64,000 nt of DNA, from positions 98,518,001 to 98,582,000 of the forward strand of contig NC_043002.1 of NCBI RefSeq assembly GCF_006345805.1, in the 5' to 3' direction. The position numbers and the translations under genes were made by a program. Source of the DNA: Octopus sinensis. Taxonomy: Eukaryota. Shown here piece after piece: positions 25,343-38,467 of the stretch. Position 1 is the stretch's first letter, and each line of letters begins with the position of its first letter. Below the pieces are notes generated by a model. That model made no database searches. It saw only the letters and a program-made list of their open reading frames with translations, and was not told the origin of the DNA.

Positions 25343-25885
25343 AATAATAATAATAATTATTATAATCATCCTTTCTACTATAGATGCAAGGCCTGCAATT
25401 TGAGGGGAGGGGGATGGTTGATCACATTGACTCTAGTACTTGAGTGGTACTTAATTTATCGACCCTGAAAGGATGGAAGGCAAAGTTGACCTCAGTGGAA
25501 TTACATCAACCTTAGTGTTCAATTGGTACTTATTTTATTGACCCTGAAATTTTGAAAGGCAAAACTGATCTTGGCCCTTATTTGATCTCTGAACGTAATG
25601 AGTGAGAAGAAATACCACTAAGCAATTTTGTCTGGCATTCTGTCTGTTCTACCAGCTCACTACCTTAATAATGATGATGATAGTAGTAGTAGTAGTAGTT
25701 TTTTCTACTACAGGCACAAGACCTAAATATTTAGGGGAGGGAAGATAATCAATTACATCAGCCCCAGTACACAACTGGGGATTGATGAAAAGTAAAGTTG
25801 ACCTTGGTAGAATTTCAACTCAGAATATAAAGACATGCTTATGATTCTGCCAGCTTGCTACCATAATAATAATAATAATAATAAT

Positions 25886-26930
25886 ATGATTGGCAGTGTT
25901 ATCATGTTCATTGTTTTGTCTTGGTATAAAAGATGGGCTACAGCAAATATTCTGCTCAATACCACAGATTTGCTTGTCAGTTGTTTGACCTTAACCAGTT
26001 GAGCATGTCCCTTAGTGGCTGACGATATGTGCATCTCTGATCACGAGCAGAAGTAGTGGGGGAGCATCATAGCCACGTGTTGAGAGGGATTCTTGGGGTT
26101 TGAATAATTCACCTCTGGAAACATGGGTGTTTCGTTCAACATCCTTAAACAACCCTTATTCAGGGACCTTTTGAGTGGGATGGGTTACTCGATCTGAAGA
26201 AAATTCTAACTGGGCCCCACCTGCAAGGTCATGTGCTGTTTATCTTGATATGAGAATACCATTTCGCGCACATAGGGTTGTGATGCATGTGCCTGGTGTA
26301 CCCTTATCAGACGGGTAGTCATGATGGGTAAACTGGGCTTCGTATATTTTACCCCAGTGTCATTTTGATGGCATGCACTGCTCGCTCACTCAATAATAAT
26401 AATATAATAATAATAATAATAATATGATTGGCAGTGTTATCATGTTCATTGTTTTGTCTTGGTATAAAAGATGGGCTACAGCAAATATTCTGCTCAATAC
26501 CACAGATTTGCTTGTCAGTTGTTTGACCTTAACCAGTTGAGCATGTCCCTTAGTGGCTGACGATATGTGCATCTCTGATCACGAGCAGAAGTAGTGGGGG
26601 AGCATCATAGCCACGTGTTGAGAGGGATTCTTTGGGGTTTGAATAATTCACCTCTGGAAACATGGGTGTTTCGTTCAACATCCTTAAACAACCCTTATTC
26701 AGGGACCTTTTGAGTGGGATGGGTTACTCGATCTGAAGAAAATTCTAACTGGGCCCCACCTGCAAGGTCATGTGCTGTTTATCTTGATATGAGAATACCA
26801 TTTCGCGCACATAGGGTTGTGATGCATGTGCCTGGTGTACCCTTATCAGACGGGTAGTCATGATGGGTAAACTGGGCTTCGTATATTTTACCCCAGTGTC
26901 ATTTTGATGGCATGCACTGCTCGCTCACTC
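25886..26930 (+). repeat. Near-identical tandem pair of family T elements (period ~538 bp)
   Basis: ATGATTGGCAGTGTTATC at 25886 and 26424; one 1-nt indel seen between the element bodies. Confidence 0.93.
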
Positions 26931-27167
26931 AATAATAATAATAATAATAATAATGGTTTCTGGTTTATGCACAAGGTCAGCAATTGGGAGGGGTGGGGGT
27001 TTGAATCGTTGTCCTTAACCCCAGTACTTGACGGATGAGGATGAATGGATGATAATAAAATAGACTGAGAAAAAGTGAGACCAAAAGGTCAATGATAAAT
27101 ATTTTATGGTATGCTATTGTATTTTGTCTGTTTTTTTTAGCTATTTTATTGTCTGTTTTTTTTTAGC

Positions 27168-27210
<43 letters not shown>

Positions 27211-28312
27211 GGGTTCATTATTAGTAATATTAGGATATAATGCTTGATCATGTTTTAAAAAATTGTTTTAATATTTGTTTAGTTTAAAGTAATGAAGAAG
27301 GATAGTGTTGCAGCAGTCTTTTATTTCTCGAGTAGAAATTCAGATATTTTGAAAGTGATTAGTAGTTTTAATATTGATTTTAAATTTTGGCATGGGGCCA
27401 GCAATTTTTGGGGAGGAGTAAGTCAATTACATCGATCCCAGCCCTCAACTGGTACCTATTTTATTGACCCTGAAAGAACAAAAGGCAAAGTTGACCTCAA
27501 TAAGGTTTGAACTCAGAACATAGAGAAGTAGAACAAATACTGTTAGTTGTTTTGTTTATAGCTCTAAAGAATCTGATGAGTGTTCACTTCATCCTTTGAA
27601 CTTTTTTAAGATGACAGAGTGTGATATGAGTTTAATTTGGTTGCTATGTCTAGCAACAAAGCAGCCACATATATGCTCTCACATTTGTGTGCCATTTACG
27701 ATTTCCTGTTAAGCAATCATTGTCATTCAGCCTCAGCTGATCCATTGCATGGAAGCATCTGACATGATTTTTCAAGAGCAACTCATCAGTTGATAACATC
27801 AGCCAATATATCCTATTTCTCTCTGCTCTCTTTTCACATGACAATTAATTGCCTTTGACAAATGTATGCAGTGTGTTATGAATACCAAGCGTGTTTGGCT
27901 GACTGCAGAGATTTTCTGGGTGTTCTCAATGCATCATAGCTTCAGTACACCATCGTCCTTTTAATGCATACTTTTCCTTGCTTGCATGAGTCTGACGAAA
28001 TTTTTGGAGGAGGTAGACTTTCTAAATTGTATGCCCTTCTTATTGCTAACCCATCAATTATTTCCAAGCAAAGTAATACCTTCTTTTAGCCTGAAGACTG
28101 GAAACAAAACAAACAACCACACTTAAGCATGAAGATGCCCTTTCAGAACCATCATGTGATATCTAGACAAAGGTATATGCAAACACTCACACACACACAC
28201 ACACACATATGTAAATCACTTGTATAATGGTGATGTTCATTTTACAGTCATCATATGGTGTCAAGACAGGAATACACACAGATTCAAACACACACATATA
28301 CACATGTATACC

Positions 28313-28350
<38 letters not shown>

Positions 28351-28369
28351 ATATATATACATATATACA

Positions 28370-28790
28370 GGTGCAGGAGTGGCTGTGTGGTAAGTAGCTT
28401 GCTAACCAACCACATTGTTCCGGGTTCAGTCCCACTGCGTGGCACTTTGAGCAAGTGTCTTCTGCTATAGCCCCGGGCCGACCAATGCCTTGTGAGTGGA
28501 TTTGGTAGACGGAAACTGAAAGAAGCCTGTCGTATATATATATATATATATATAATATATATATATATATATGTGTGTGTGTTTGTGTGTCTGTGTTTGT
28601 CCCCCCAACATCGCTTGACAACCGATGCTGGTGTGTTTACATCGCTGTCACTTAGCGGTTCAGCAAAAGAGACCGATAGAATAAGTACTGGGCTTACAAA
28701 GAATAAGTCCCGGGGTCGATTTGCTCGACTAAAGGCGGTGCTCCAGCATGGCCGCAGTCAAATGACTGAAACAAGTAAAAGAAAAGAAAA
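28370..28790 (+). mobile_element. SINE family A, full length
   Basis: GGTGCAGGAGTGGCTGTGTGG ... GAAACAAGTAAAAG; follows (TA)n. Confidence 0.92.
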
Positions 28791-28799
28791 AAAAAATAT

Positions 28800-28940
28800 A
28801 TGACTGGCTTCTTTCAATTTCTGTCTATGAGATCCACTCACAAGGCTTTGGTTTACCCAGGGTTATAGAAGAAGGCACTTCCCCAAGGTGCTGTGCAGCA
28901 GAACTAAACCCAAGGCCACATGGTCAGGAAGCAAGCTTCT
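28800..28940 (-). mobile_element. Older family A 5' fragment, inverted relative to the adjacent copy
   Basis: GGCTTCTTTCAATTTCTGTCT...CCACTCACAAGGCTTTGG...CCCAAGGTGC. Confidence 0.7.
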
Positions 28941-29454
28941 CAATGATACAAAAATATTGATGGTGTGATTATTTAAAAGTTTTACTTGCGTCTGGCTATT
29001 ACACAAAAGACAGTAGTAAGTATTTGGATAGTGTTGTAGTCTTTAGATATATTCCTGTGTGTGTCTGGACCTGCAAAGCTCCACTCATAGTGAAACAGGT
29101 TAAGAACTGTATTCCTCTTATGTATTGCTTACATATTTCAGTTATCTCTGATTCCGTTGAGTGTCTGATGTCTGTTACAACATGCAGAACATTGTTAAAA
29201 ATGGTTTGTAATTTGTTGTGCTTTATAACAGAAGATTCGGGGAGAACTGGTTTCATTTGAAATGGTCATGATATACCATTAGTTTTTATTTTATTTTATT
29301 TCATTTTTTTTATATTAGCCTCTGAGCTACAGTATTTTTTTTTTTGTTTCTTATGTCCCTGTTGTGTAAATAATATCAATGTGTTGTAATGCGATGTTTA
29401 GAATTTTAGCCTTTTGTTTGGTTTTATATATTTCCGTTGTAAACGGTTGTTTAT

Positions 29455-30165
29455 TCTAGTGTTGGCGGTTGTGGTGGTGGTGGTGTGTAGTGGTAGTGGT
29501 GGTGTGAATAACAATGTTGATACTTATTCTATTGTTGGGGGTGAAGGGCCTGGTGCTGTGTCTTTGTTGTTGCTGTTTACTTTACTGATAGTCATTTGAA
29601 TCTCTGTAATGGTTGTTGTAGTGATGGCAGTATTGATAAGTAGTCTTGATGGTGATTGTGCTGATGATGGTTGTAGTGATGGTGATGATGATGATGATGA
29701 TGATGGTGGTGGCGTTTGGTGGTGGGAATGATGATGTTGATGGTGATGATAGTGGTGGTGGTGGCACTATAGATCACTGTGACAGTGGTACTGATGATGG
29801 CTGTGGTTGAGGTGCTAATGATGGTTATGGTTGTGATGATGATGATGATGATGGTAATAGTGATAGTGCTACTGCTAGTGGTAGTGATATGCGAATGGTT
29901 TTGATAGTGATGTGGGGATGACATTGGTGGTGAAGTAAAAGTGGTAGTGGTGGTGGTAGTAGTGATATGAGGATGGCGGTGGTGTTGGTCATGATATGAG
30001 GGTGGTGGTGGTGGTGGCAATGTAAAGACTGAAGTGGTGGTGATGTAGGGATCATGGTGGTGGTGGTGGTGGTGGTGGTGGCAATGTAAAGACTGAAGTG
30101 GTGGTGATGTAGGGATCATGGTGGTGGTGGTGATATGGATGGTATTGTTAGTGATGTTATTAATG
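29455..30165. repeat. (GGT)n/(GAT)n low-complexity tract with an internal 63-bp tandem duplication (~30000-30125)
   Basis: GGCAATGTAAAGACTGAAGTGGTGGTGATGTAGGGATCATGG occurs twice. Confidence 0.85.
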
Positions 30166-30660
30166 ATTGTTGGTGTTAAATGGCACCATCAGTTATGATA
30201 ATGTTGTTATTGAGGAAGGGCTGGTTGGGGGTGAGAATGGCAGTAATGTCAATAATGCCATTAAATACATCCTGGTGATTGCTGTAAATAACACTACTGC
30301 AAAATCAAAATTCTGTAAAAAAAAAAAAAATCTGAGGCCTCTCCTGGATCAATTAACTGTGTACACTTAAACCAAATAGTCAGAAGTCCGGAGTGGGTTT
30401 TGTTCATTGTAGATATTTACTGAGATAGTTTCAATTGTATTTTATTTTATTTTATTTATATATTTTCTTTACATTTTTATATATAAATCTTGAAATTCGG
30501 GTTTTGCTTTTGTCGGAGAAAAAAAGCCACGTAGATAGACAAGCACAGGTATTTGCTTTTACTAATCCAAATGAAAATGATATGGCATAATGGTAACGAA
30601 TGATTATGGCAATCTGCCTTAGTTTGCTTTTGTGGTTACATTCCATTGTTTTGTTAAACA

Positions 30661-31064
30661 CTAGCAGTATCGCCCGGCGTTGCTCGGGTTTGTAAGGGAA
30701 ATAACTATATAAGCATTTTTAGAGATGTAAAGTATAATAGCCATCTCAATATGGCTAACCACAAAGGGGGGGGGCGTGTTACTGTAGCTTTTTACGTTCT
30801 GAGATTTAATAATACATTTTTAGAGAGTTACTTCCCTTATATAATAGCAAAAAAAATGCATTAAAAATGGGAAAAAATTATGGTAAATTTTTTTTTAAAT
30901 TGTGGACTCATCATAGATGCGCGCTAATACCCAGAAGGGCTCAATATGAATCACGTCTATAAGATACCCGGTTTTGGTTAAACTGCACCGCAAAATGTGG
31001 GAGTAGTTAGGAATCTAAATCGTAGGAGACAGACAGCACACAACCTCACTTTTATATATAAAGA
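30661..31064 (-). mobile_element. Non-autonomous Helitron (404 bp)
   Basis: Minus strand: A|TCTTTATATATAAAAGTGAGG ... CCCGAGCAACGCCGGGCGATACTG-CTAG|T. Shows 5' TC, subterminal hairpin, CTAG end, A|T target and no TSD. Confidence 0.9.
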
Positions 31065-31647
31065 TATTGTGCTTGTTTATCATCATTGCACACTCACACA
31101 CACACACTGAGTGTTTAGAGGTTTGCTTCTCAGCCATGTAGTTCTTGGTTCAATCCCATAGTGTGACACCTTGGGCAAGTAAGTGTCTTCTGCCAAAGTC
31201 CTGAGCTGACCAAACCATTTGGTAAAAGAAAACTGAAAGAAGTCTGTTGAATGTACCCCTGTTTGTGTGTGTGTGTGTGTGTGTGTTAGCATCATCTTGT
31301 CTTGGTATCATGAGGTGGTTGTAAATGAGTGTTACCATTACGCAAGTGTTGTTGTTCATTTCTAATCTTCAATGAAAACATGTGTGGCCATAGGGAAATA
31401 TTATTTTGTTTGGAAACCAATACAGATTGCTGATAAGAAGGTAAGCTGATTGTGAAAATTCTGCCTCAATGAGTTCCGTGCAAGCATGGAAAAGTGTATG
31501 TTAAAATGATGATGACTACAGCAATAATGATGATGATGATGACTATGATGGTGCTGCTGATGATAATGATGGTGATTTGATGATATATGAGCAAATTGGC
31601 AGTCATTCGGTCATTGAATAGAACTTTACAATATTTGTTCTGGCTAA

Positions 31648-32030
31648 GGCGGCGAGCTGGCAGAAACATTAGTAGGCCGGGCAAAATGCTTAGTGGTTTT
31701 TCATCTGCCGCTACGTTCTCAGTTCAAATTCCACCGAGGTCGACTTTGCCTTTCGTCCTTTCGGGGTCGATTAAATAAGCACCAGTTACGCACTGGGGTC
31801 AATATAATCAACTTAATCCGTTTGTCTGTCCTTGTTTGTCCTCTCTGTGTTATGCCCCTTGTGGGTAGTAAAGAAATAGGTATTTTGTCTGTCTTTACAT
31901 TCTAAGTTCAAATTCCGCTTATGTTGACCTTTTGGGTACCAGTTGCATACTGGGGTCGATCTAATTGACTGGCCCACTCCTCCAAAATTTCGGGCCTCGT
32001 GCCTAGAATAGAAAAGAATATCTGTTCTGG
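31648..32030 (+). mobile_element. Family M SINE (31648-31880) followed by a partial second copy
   Basis: GGCGGCGAGCTGGCAGAAAC...GTAAAGAAATAGG. Confidence 0.85.
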
Positions 32031-33269
32031 CTCTCTGTGTTCTGAGTTCAAATTCTAACGCGGTCAACTTTACCTTTCTCTCATCTTTTTCTGGGGTCTA
32101 TAAATAAAGTATCTTTCCAAGGTGATGGGTTGGCAGTATTTATTCTGGATCTTTGTATTTTGATAGCAGCATTTGCTCTATGTTGTTGCAAAGCATAAAC
32201 AGGATCCTTTGAATGAAACTGACCAGGGATGAGATGGCATGCTGGATGATATTGCAAATGAAATGAAGAAAGATCAAAATGTATGGCAATATATCGTACA
32301 ACAGACCCACCCAAACTACAATGATATAAGAAAAATAAAAAGACATTAAAATGGTGATGATGATGATTCTTGTGATTATCTACTGTAATTGTCTGCATCG
32401 TCATAAATGTTGTTGTGGTCGTTGTTGTTGTGATAATTTTTGTTTTCATTATTATCATTAAGAATTGGGAGGAAAAAGCCTTTTAAATTTGTTAGCATTC
32501 AAATTTATTTTACCTTGTTATTTTTTAATACGTCATTGGTTACTAAAAAGAAAAAGAGTTAGTCATTTCAGTTTATCAAAATGACGAAATATTGGTCATT
32601 CTTCTGAACCACACATACACACATATGCATACACATACACAAGACCCTTCCCCACCATTATTTCTTAAATTGTTGTTATCTCAAGGGAAACTCATTAGTA
32701 CTTTGGAGCCATTTAGTTTTAATAATGAGATTTTTGAGGAAATCTGTATCTGAAGAATTCTGAAGTGGTCAAACGAAGTCAAAAAAAAATTAAGCAAAGA
32801 ATTTTTTTTTATATGTTTGGTATTGTTGATTGTCTGATAACATTTCTGAAGTATCAAGTCGCAGACTACTTCTGATATAGAACCAATTTAAAATAATGAT
32901 TTTTTTACTATCAAAACTAATAAAATTGCCATCCAGAAACATATAATCACATGAAGTATGAAAAACAAATACATAACATGAGCCACATAGCCACTCTTTT
33001 GTTTAAATGTGACCCATCTCAGCTTAGTTGTTAAATATCTTGGTTGTTTTTTTTCCAAATACTGGTTCATCATCATCATATAACGTCCACATTACCATAC
33101 TTGCATGAGTCACATGGAATTTATTGAGGCAAATTTTTGTATGGCCCTTCTTGTGACCAACCCATATTTTCCCATAGATAGACATGTTTTTCATTGAAGA
33201 CTATGAATGAATAACCTCACTTGTAAGAAGCTGAAGCTCATTTACAACTATCATGTGCTGTCTAGACAA

Positions 33270-33522
33270 GTGTTTGAATCTCAGACTGGGCGATGCGTGT
33301 GTTTACGAGCGAAACACCTAAGCTCCACGCGGCTCCAGCAGAAGGTAATGGCGAAACTTCTGCTGACTCTTTCGCCTCAACTTTCTCTCACTCTCTCCTA
33401 CTGCATCTTGCAGCTCACCTGCAATGGACCGGCGTCCCATCCAGGTGGGTAACCTATACGCCAAGAAACTGGAAAACCGGCCCTTATGAGCCAGGCATGG
33501 CTCGAGAAGGAACAAAAAAAAA
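33270..33522 (+). mobile_element. Chimeric SINE: family-B-like body with family-C-like 3' domain
   Basis: GAGCGAAACACCTAAGCTCCACG...CAACTTTCTCTCACTC (B) then CTGCAATGGACCGGCGTCCCATCCAG...ATACGCCAAGAAAC (C). Confidence 0.7.
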
Positions 33523-34373
33523 AAAACACACACACACACGTCTTTTCTTTCCCACCAACCAAATCCACTAATAATACTTTGGTGGTCTTGAGGCTCTAGT
33601 AGAAGATATTTGTCCAAGATGCTACACTGGGGATTGAACTATATGATTGATAAGCAAGCATTCCAGCCACACAACTATGCCTATGCCTACTGCCACGCCT
33701 GCACTGGGTTCCCTGATCATAATGTCAATGATGGGGACATAAGACATAAAATTTGTGGTGGTATTTGATGACATTTTTGATATCATTGACGATGACAGGG
33801 GTATGGTTGATGAAATTGTTGAATCATGGTTGAAATATCTTGTGGTATTTAGTTACATCTCTCTTCACAGTCTAAGTTCAAATGTTGTAGTTGACTTTTT
33901 CTTTTATTCTTCTTGGGTTGATTATATAAAGCGGCAATCAAGTGCTGCAGGTGATGTGATTGTTTCTAGTCCTTCTCTGAATTTCTAGCCTGTTGCTTCT
34001 ATAACAAATTAAGTGGGTTGTTAGGATTGTTAGAATATCAGAGAAATTGTTCTAGAGCACTTTATGTAGTTCTTTACATTTTAAGTTCAAATTCTACTGA
34101 GGCTAACTTTATATCTTTCATCCCTTATGGGTTGATAAAATAATGTATTATCTTGTACTGGGGGTGAAAGTACCAATCTAATCAACTAATCCCAGCCTCT
34201 CAAAATTGCTGGCCTTCTACCAAAATTGGAAATTATTATTATTAGAGCATTGGATTAGAATGTGTTGAGGTATTTGTTCCAACTTTCTGTACTCTGAGTT
34301 CAAATTCTGCTGAGGTCAGTTTTGCCTTTCATCCTTTAAGAGTCAATAAATAAAGTACCTGTCAAATTCTGAA

Positions 34374-34519
34374 GTTGGCGTTAGAAAGGGCATCCAGCTG
34401 TAGAAACACTGCCAGATCAGACTGGAGCCTGGTGCAGCCCCTGGCTTCCCAGACCCCGGTCGAACCGTCCAACCCGTGCTAGCACGGGAAACAGACGTTA
34501 AACGATGATGATGATGATG
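34374..34519 (+). mobile_element. Short 5'-truncated family R copy
   Basis: GTTGGCGTTAGAAAGGGCATCCAGCTG...GACGTTAAAC(GAT)n. Confidence 0.85.
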
Positions 34520-34574
34520 ATATATATATATATATAGAGAGAGAGAGCAATGTGTATGTACGCTGCTATATTTT

Positions 34575-34918
34575 ATATATAAAAAATACAAAAATGGAAC
34601 AAAAACGCAAAACATCCAGACAGTTAGGTGAAACAAAAAAGGGACAACAAAATATCCAGACAGACAATACAACGAAAACAAGGACAGATCATTCGGAGTT
34701 TTCTATCCTCAGTCGAGTTCCAGATTAGCTTTGGAGCAATCTCGAGTATAACCAGCCGAATTTGCAAAAATAATCTGGAACTTGACTGAGGATAGAAAAC
34801 TCTGAATGATCCGTCCTTGTTTTCCTTGTATCGTCTGTCTGGATATTTTGTTTTCCTTTTTTTTGTTTCACCTAACTGTCTGGATGTTTTGCATTCTTGT
34901 CCCATTTTTTAATTTTAT
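34575..34918. mobile_element. Foldback/MITE-like element, ~155-bp inverted arms with a 31-bp spacer
   Basis: Left arm ...AAAACATCCAGACAGTTAGGTGAAAC...GAGTTTTCTATCCTCAGTCGAGTTCCAGATTA pairs with right arm TAATCTGGAACTTGACTGAGGATAGAAAACTC...GTTTCACCTAACTGTCTGGATGTTTT; TA-rich flanks. Confidence 0.85.
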
Positions 34919-36434
34919 ATATATATATATATATATGTGAAAATCAATGTTGCTGTCAGCTGTATGCAAACACGTTTATTATTGGTTAACTCACCCTGAC
35001 TGCACAAAAACTTTTATCAAAAATATTCCAGCCTTGACCATCAATCTAGTCTTTTTAAATGCCCAAGGCTACATTATCTAATGCATTCTTCCTTTTATTA
35101 AAATGATGTGGTGTATGATCTGTGAAATATTTGGCTATTATTTCTAGTAGGCCAGGCGACTGCACATAGGCTCCTCACATAAATCATGACCCCTGTACAA
35201 AGGTAGTAGCTGGAAGTGGAATGATTCAGCTTCTTGATTTGAAGTCCCTTTACTGTTCATCGTGTTCTTCAAGTAGATACTCTCCACCCCCTCAATTATC
35301 TGATTTTCCCCTATGCCATCCATCTCTATCTCCTCATGCACAAGTAGTTGTAGTGGATGAAGTAGTTTCAAAGTTAGGACCTTATCAATAATCTTGATAT
35401 GGCCATGTCAAGCTGCAGCAGTCTTATAATAGCTTCTTAATTGGCAATGATAATGAGGCAATGCTAAGGAAGGTGACCATCAGGATATAGATGCTAATAG
35501 TGATAATGGTAATGATGCTGTTGGTGGTGGTGGTGGTGATGATGATGATGATGATGGTGCTGCTGCTGGTTACAATAACGATGATGGGGGAAAAAAACTA
35601 TTTATTCATAAAAATTCATGAATGATTGAGAGAATAGTAGTGATTTGGGGATTCTGTGTCAGTCTGGTAATATTTCAATTTCTGATATGTCCTATCCATT
35701 GCAGCACCTTTTTGGAATGTTTTGTATTTTATTTCGCTCATTTTTCATCTACTGTCTCTTGTTGAGGGATCACAGTCTGAAATGTTAAATTACCCTCTGT
35801 TTCTTCCTTTCAGTGTAAAACTTGTAACTTCTATCCTTTTTGTTTTTTTTTTTTGGTTTCTGAAATATTTTTGAATGGTGGTAGTGGAATGTAGATATTT
35901 AAAGCAATATTCATGAACATGGATGTATACATGTGTTTTCTTTACTCAGAATTTAACAAAATATAAATAATAATAATAAATAAAAAAATACATCTTACCA
36001 TAAAAGTACTGAGGCTAGAAGTTACTGTAATGGGAATACATAGAAAACACAAGGAATTTCACAAGGCACTTGGAATAAAATATTCAATGTTATTTTTTGC
36101 GTAGAGTCTAGGGATTGAGATGCCTGTGTTGTGAGTGAGTGAGAAGGCTGAGATAGGAGTACAACATTATATTTGTATACAGGTATGTTGTGGCATGAGA
36201 ATTCTTAAGAGCGTAAACTATCAGTAAAAAGCAATCCTCTCCCCCTCTCTCTCTCTCACACACAACCACACTTGGAACAAAATGATGGGTTAGAGGTTTA
36301 AAAGCAAACATAAAAAAAGGTTTCTTTCTAATCAATGGAACAATCTATGTATGAATAAAATATTCAATAATGTTTGGAATTTAAAAGGTACCCTGTTCCA
36401 TGTTTAGATGACAATGAACAATCTGTTTTTTATA

Positions 36435-36475
<41 letters not shown>

Positions 36476-36725
36476 ATATATGTGTGTGTGTATATGTATG
36501 TATATTTGTATATATATGTGTGTGTATATGTATGTATATTTGTATATATTTATGTGTGTGTGTGTATGTATATCTATGTAAGTATGTATGTATATTTCTT
36601 ATGAATAAACAAATAGATAGTTATATCCAATCATGAATTTGTGCACGCATGTGTATCACACACACAAGCATACGTACTCTTACACACACACATACACACA
36701 CACCACACACACACACACACACAAG

Positions 36726-36766
<41 letters not shown>

Positions 36767-37655
36767 ACACTGTATCTTGATTATTGAAAGCATGCTGAGA
36801 TATTATATCTATAGTAAAATACATATTTACATCTATTGCTCTTTTTTATTTTTTTGTCAATACATTTCCACAAATTGTTGGGTATCCTTGGCAAATTTTG
36901 TAATTGGTACGCTCAGTTCCTTTGAATCTAAAATCGGTTATGATTCTTGTCTTTTGTATTTTCTTGCTGTCTTTTACATAGTTAAGTGTATGCGTTATGT
37001 ATAGGCATAAAGACGTGTATAGATACGTCTGTGTATTTATATATATATAAATGTGTACATGTGAATGAATATGTATGTGTGTATATGAATGTATGTGCCT
37101 GTAAATATATGTGTGTTTGTGTGTATATATTATATCATAATATTTAGAGATATAGTGTATGTATGTATGTATATATGAAGTGGGTGCTGAAAAGTTTCTG
37201 GCTTTAAGGGTATTGTGAAAGGCCTAACTTTCTGAGTTCTTTTACAGGGCTCAGAAAAACTGAAGGACTGCTGCAGTAAGTGTGTGAACCAAGAAGAGAA
37301 TATGTTAAATAAAATCATAATAAACTGTTCCTCCTAATTTTTATTTAGCCAGGAATTTTTCTGTCACCTCTCATATATATATATATATAACAAAGTGGAG
37401 TTGTAAGGTACCACCAGAGTGGAAACATCTTTTAAAATTGCATTTTCAAACCCTCTTTCATGTATATAAATATATATACATATATGCATATATATGTGTA
37501 GATATAAGCACAGGTCGGTTAAGAAGTTTACTTGCTTGACAAACCATGTGGTTTTGGATCACTCAGTGTGTGGCATGTTGGGCAAATGTTGACCAATGCC
37601 TTCTGAGTGAAATTTAGATAGAAAATGTATGAAAGCCTTTTATATATATGTATGC

Positions 37656-37687
<32 letters not shown>

Positions 37688-37989
37688 ACGCACATGTGAC
37701 ATGACTTGGGGAAGCAGTGGTGTTTATTATATGCCACATAAAGTACCTCATTTGGAAATAAATGAGGATTGGCATTAGGATGGGTACTTTGGTCATCGAA
37801 TACTGCCAAAAGCAGTTTTGTGCAATCTATGCCAGCATGAAAAAGTGGGCATAAAAACGATGATGATGATAATATATAAACATTCTTTCGCACACAAAGT
37901 TTTGGATATACAATGGTGGGGGGGTACTCAATATTTGTTATGGAGTTTATTTGAAGCTTTTGATGCACATTGTTGCTATTTGTGATCCT

Positions 37990-38340
37990 TCTTGCTTCCC
38001 AACCATATGATTCTGAGTTTAGTCCCACTGCATGGCACCTTGGGCGAGTGTCTTCTATTACAGCCTTGAGCCGACCAAAGCCTTGTGAGTGGATGGAAAC
38101 TGAAAGAAACCTGTTGTGTATTTGTGTTTGTCTGTGTATGAGATGTCTGTGATTGTTACCCACCACTGCTTGACATCTGATGTTGGTATTTACGTCCCTG
38201 TCACTTAGTGGTTCAACCAAAGAGACTGATAGAATAAGTACCAGGCTTAAAAAAAGTAAAAGTACTGGGGTTGATTCATTTAACTAAAATTCCTCAAGGT
38301 GATGCTCCAGCATGACTACAGCCTAATAACTGAAACAACT
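37990..38340 (+). mobile_element. Older family A SINE
   Basis: GGCACCTTGGGCGAGTGTCTTCTATTACAGCCTTGAGCCGACCAAAGCCTTGTGAG...ACTGAAAC. Confidence 0.75.
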
Positions 38341-38467
38341 TACAGATAGAAGATAAAAGGTAAAAGATGTATAGGCACAAACATGACTATCTGCTTACAA
38401 AAGTCTGCTTTGTGGCTACATGCTTTCAAGTTCATTCCTATTGCATGGCTTTCTAAATAAATGCGTA

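Noticed and set aside
27638-27658. GTTGCTATGTCTAGCAAC inverted repeat resembling an RFX X-box
   Set aside because: Similar to the GGTTGCTATTTCTAGC motif of a common old repeat seen at ~6575, ~21095 and ~22200, so probably repeat-derived.
28999-29256. Minus-strand ORF with an LRR-like stretch (IKHNKLQTIFNNVL)
   Set aside because: Loose match with no splice sites in LRR register; expected by chance in AT-rich DNA.
29592-30119. His/Thr/Pro-rich 175-aa ORF
   Set aside because: Translation of (ACC)n/(ATC)n low-complexity DNA.
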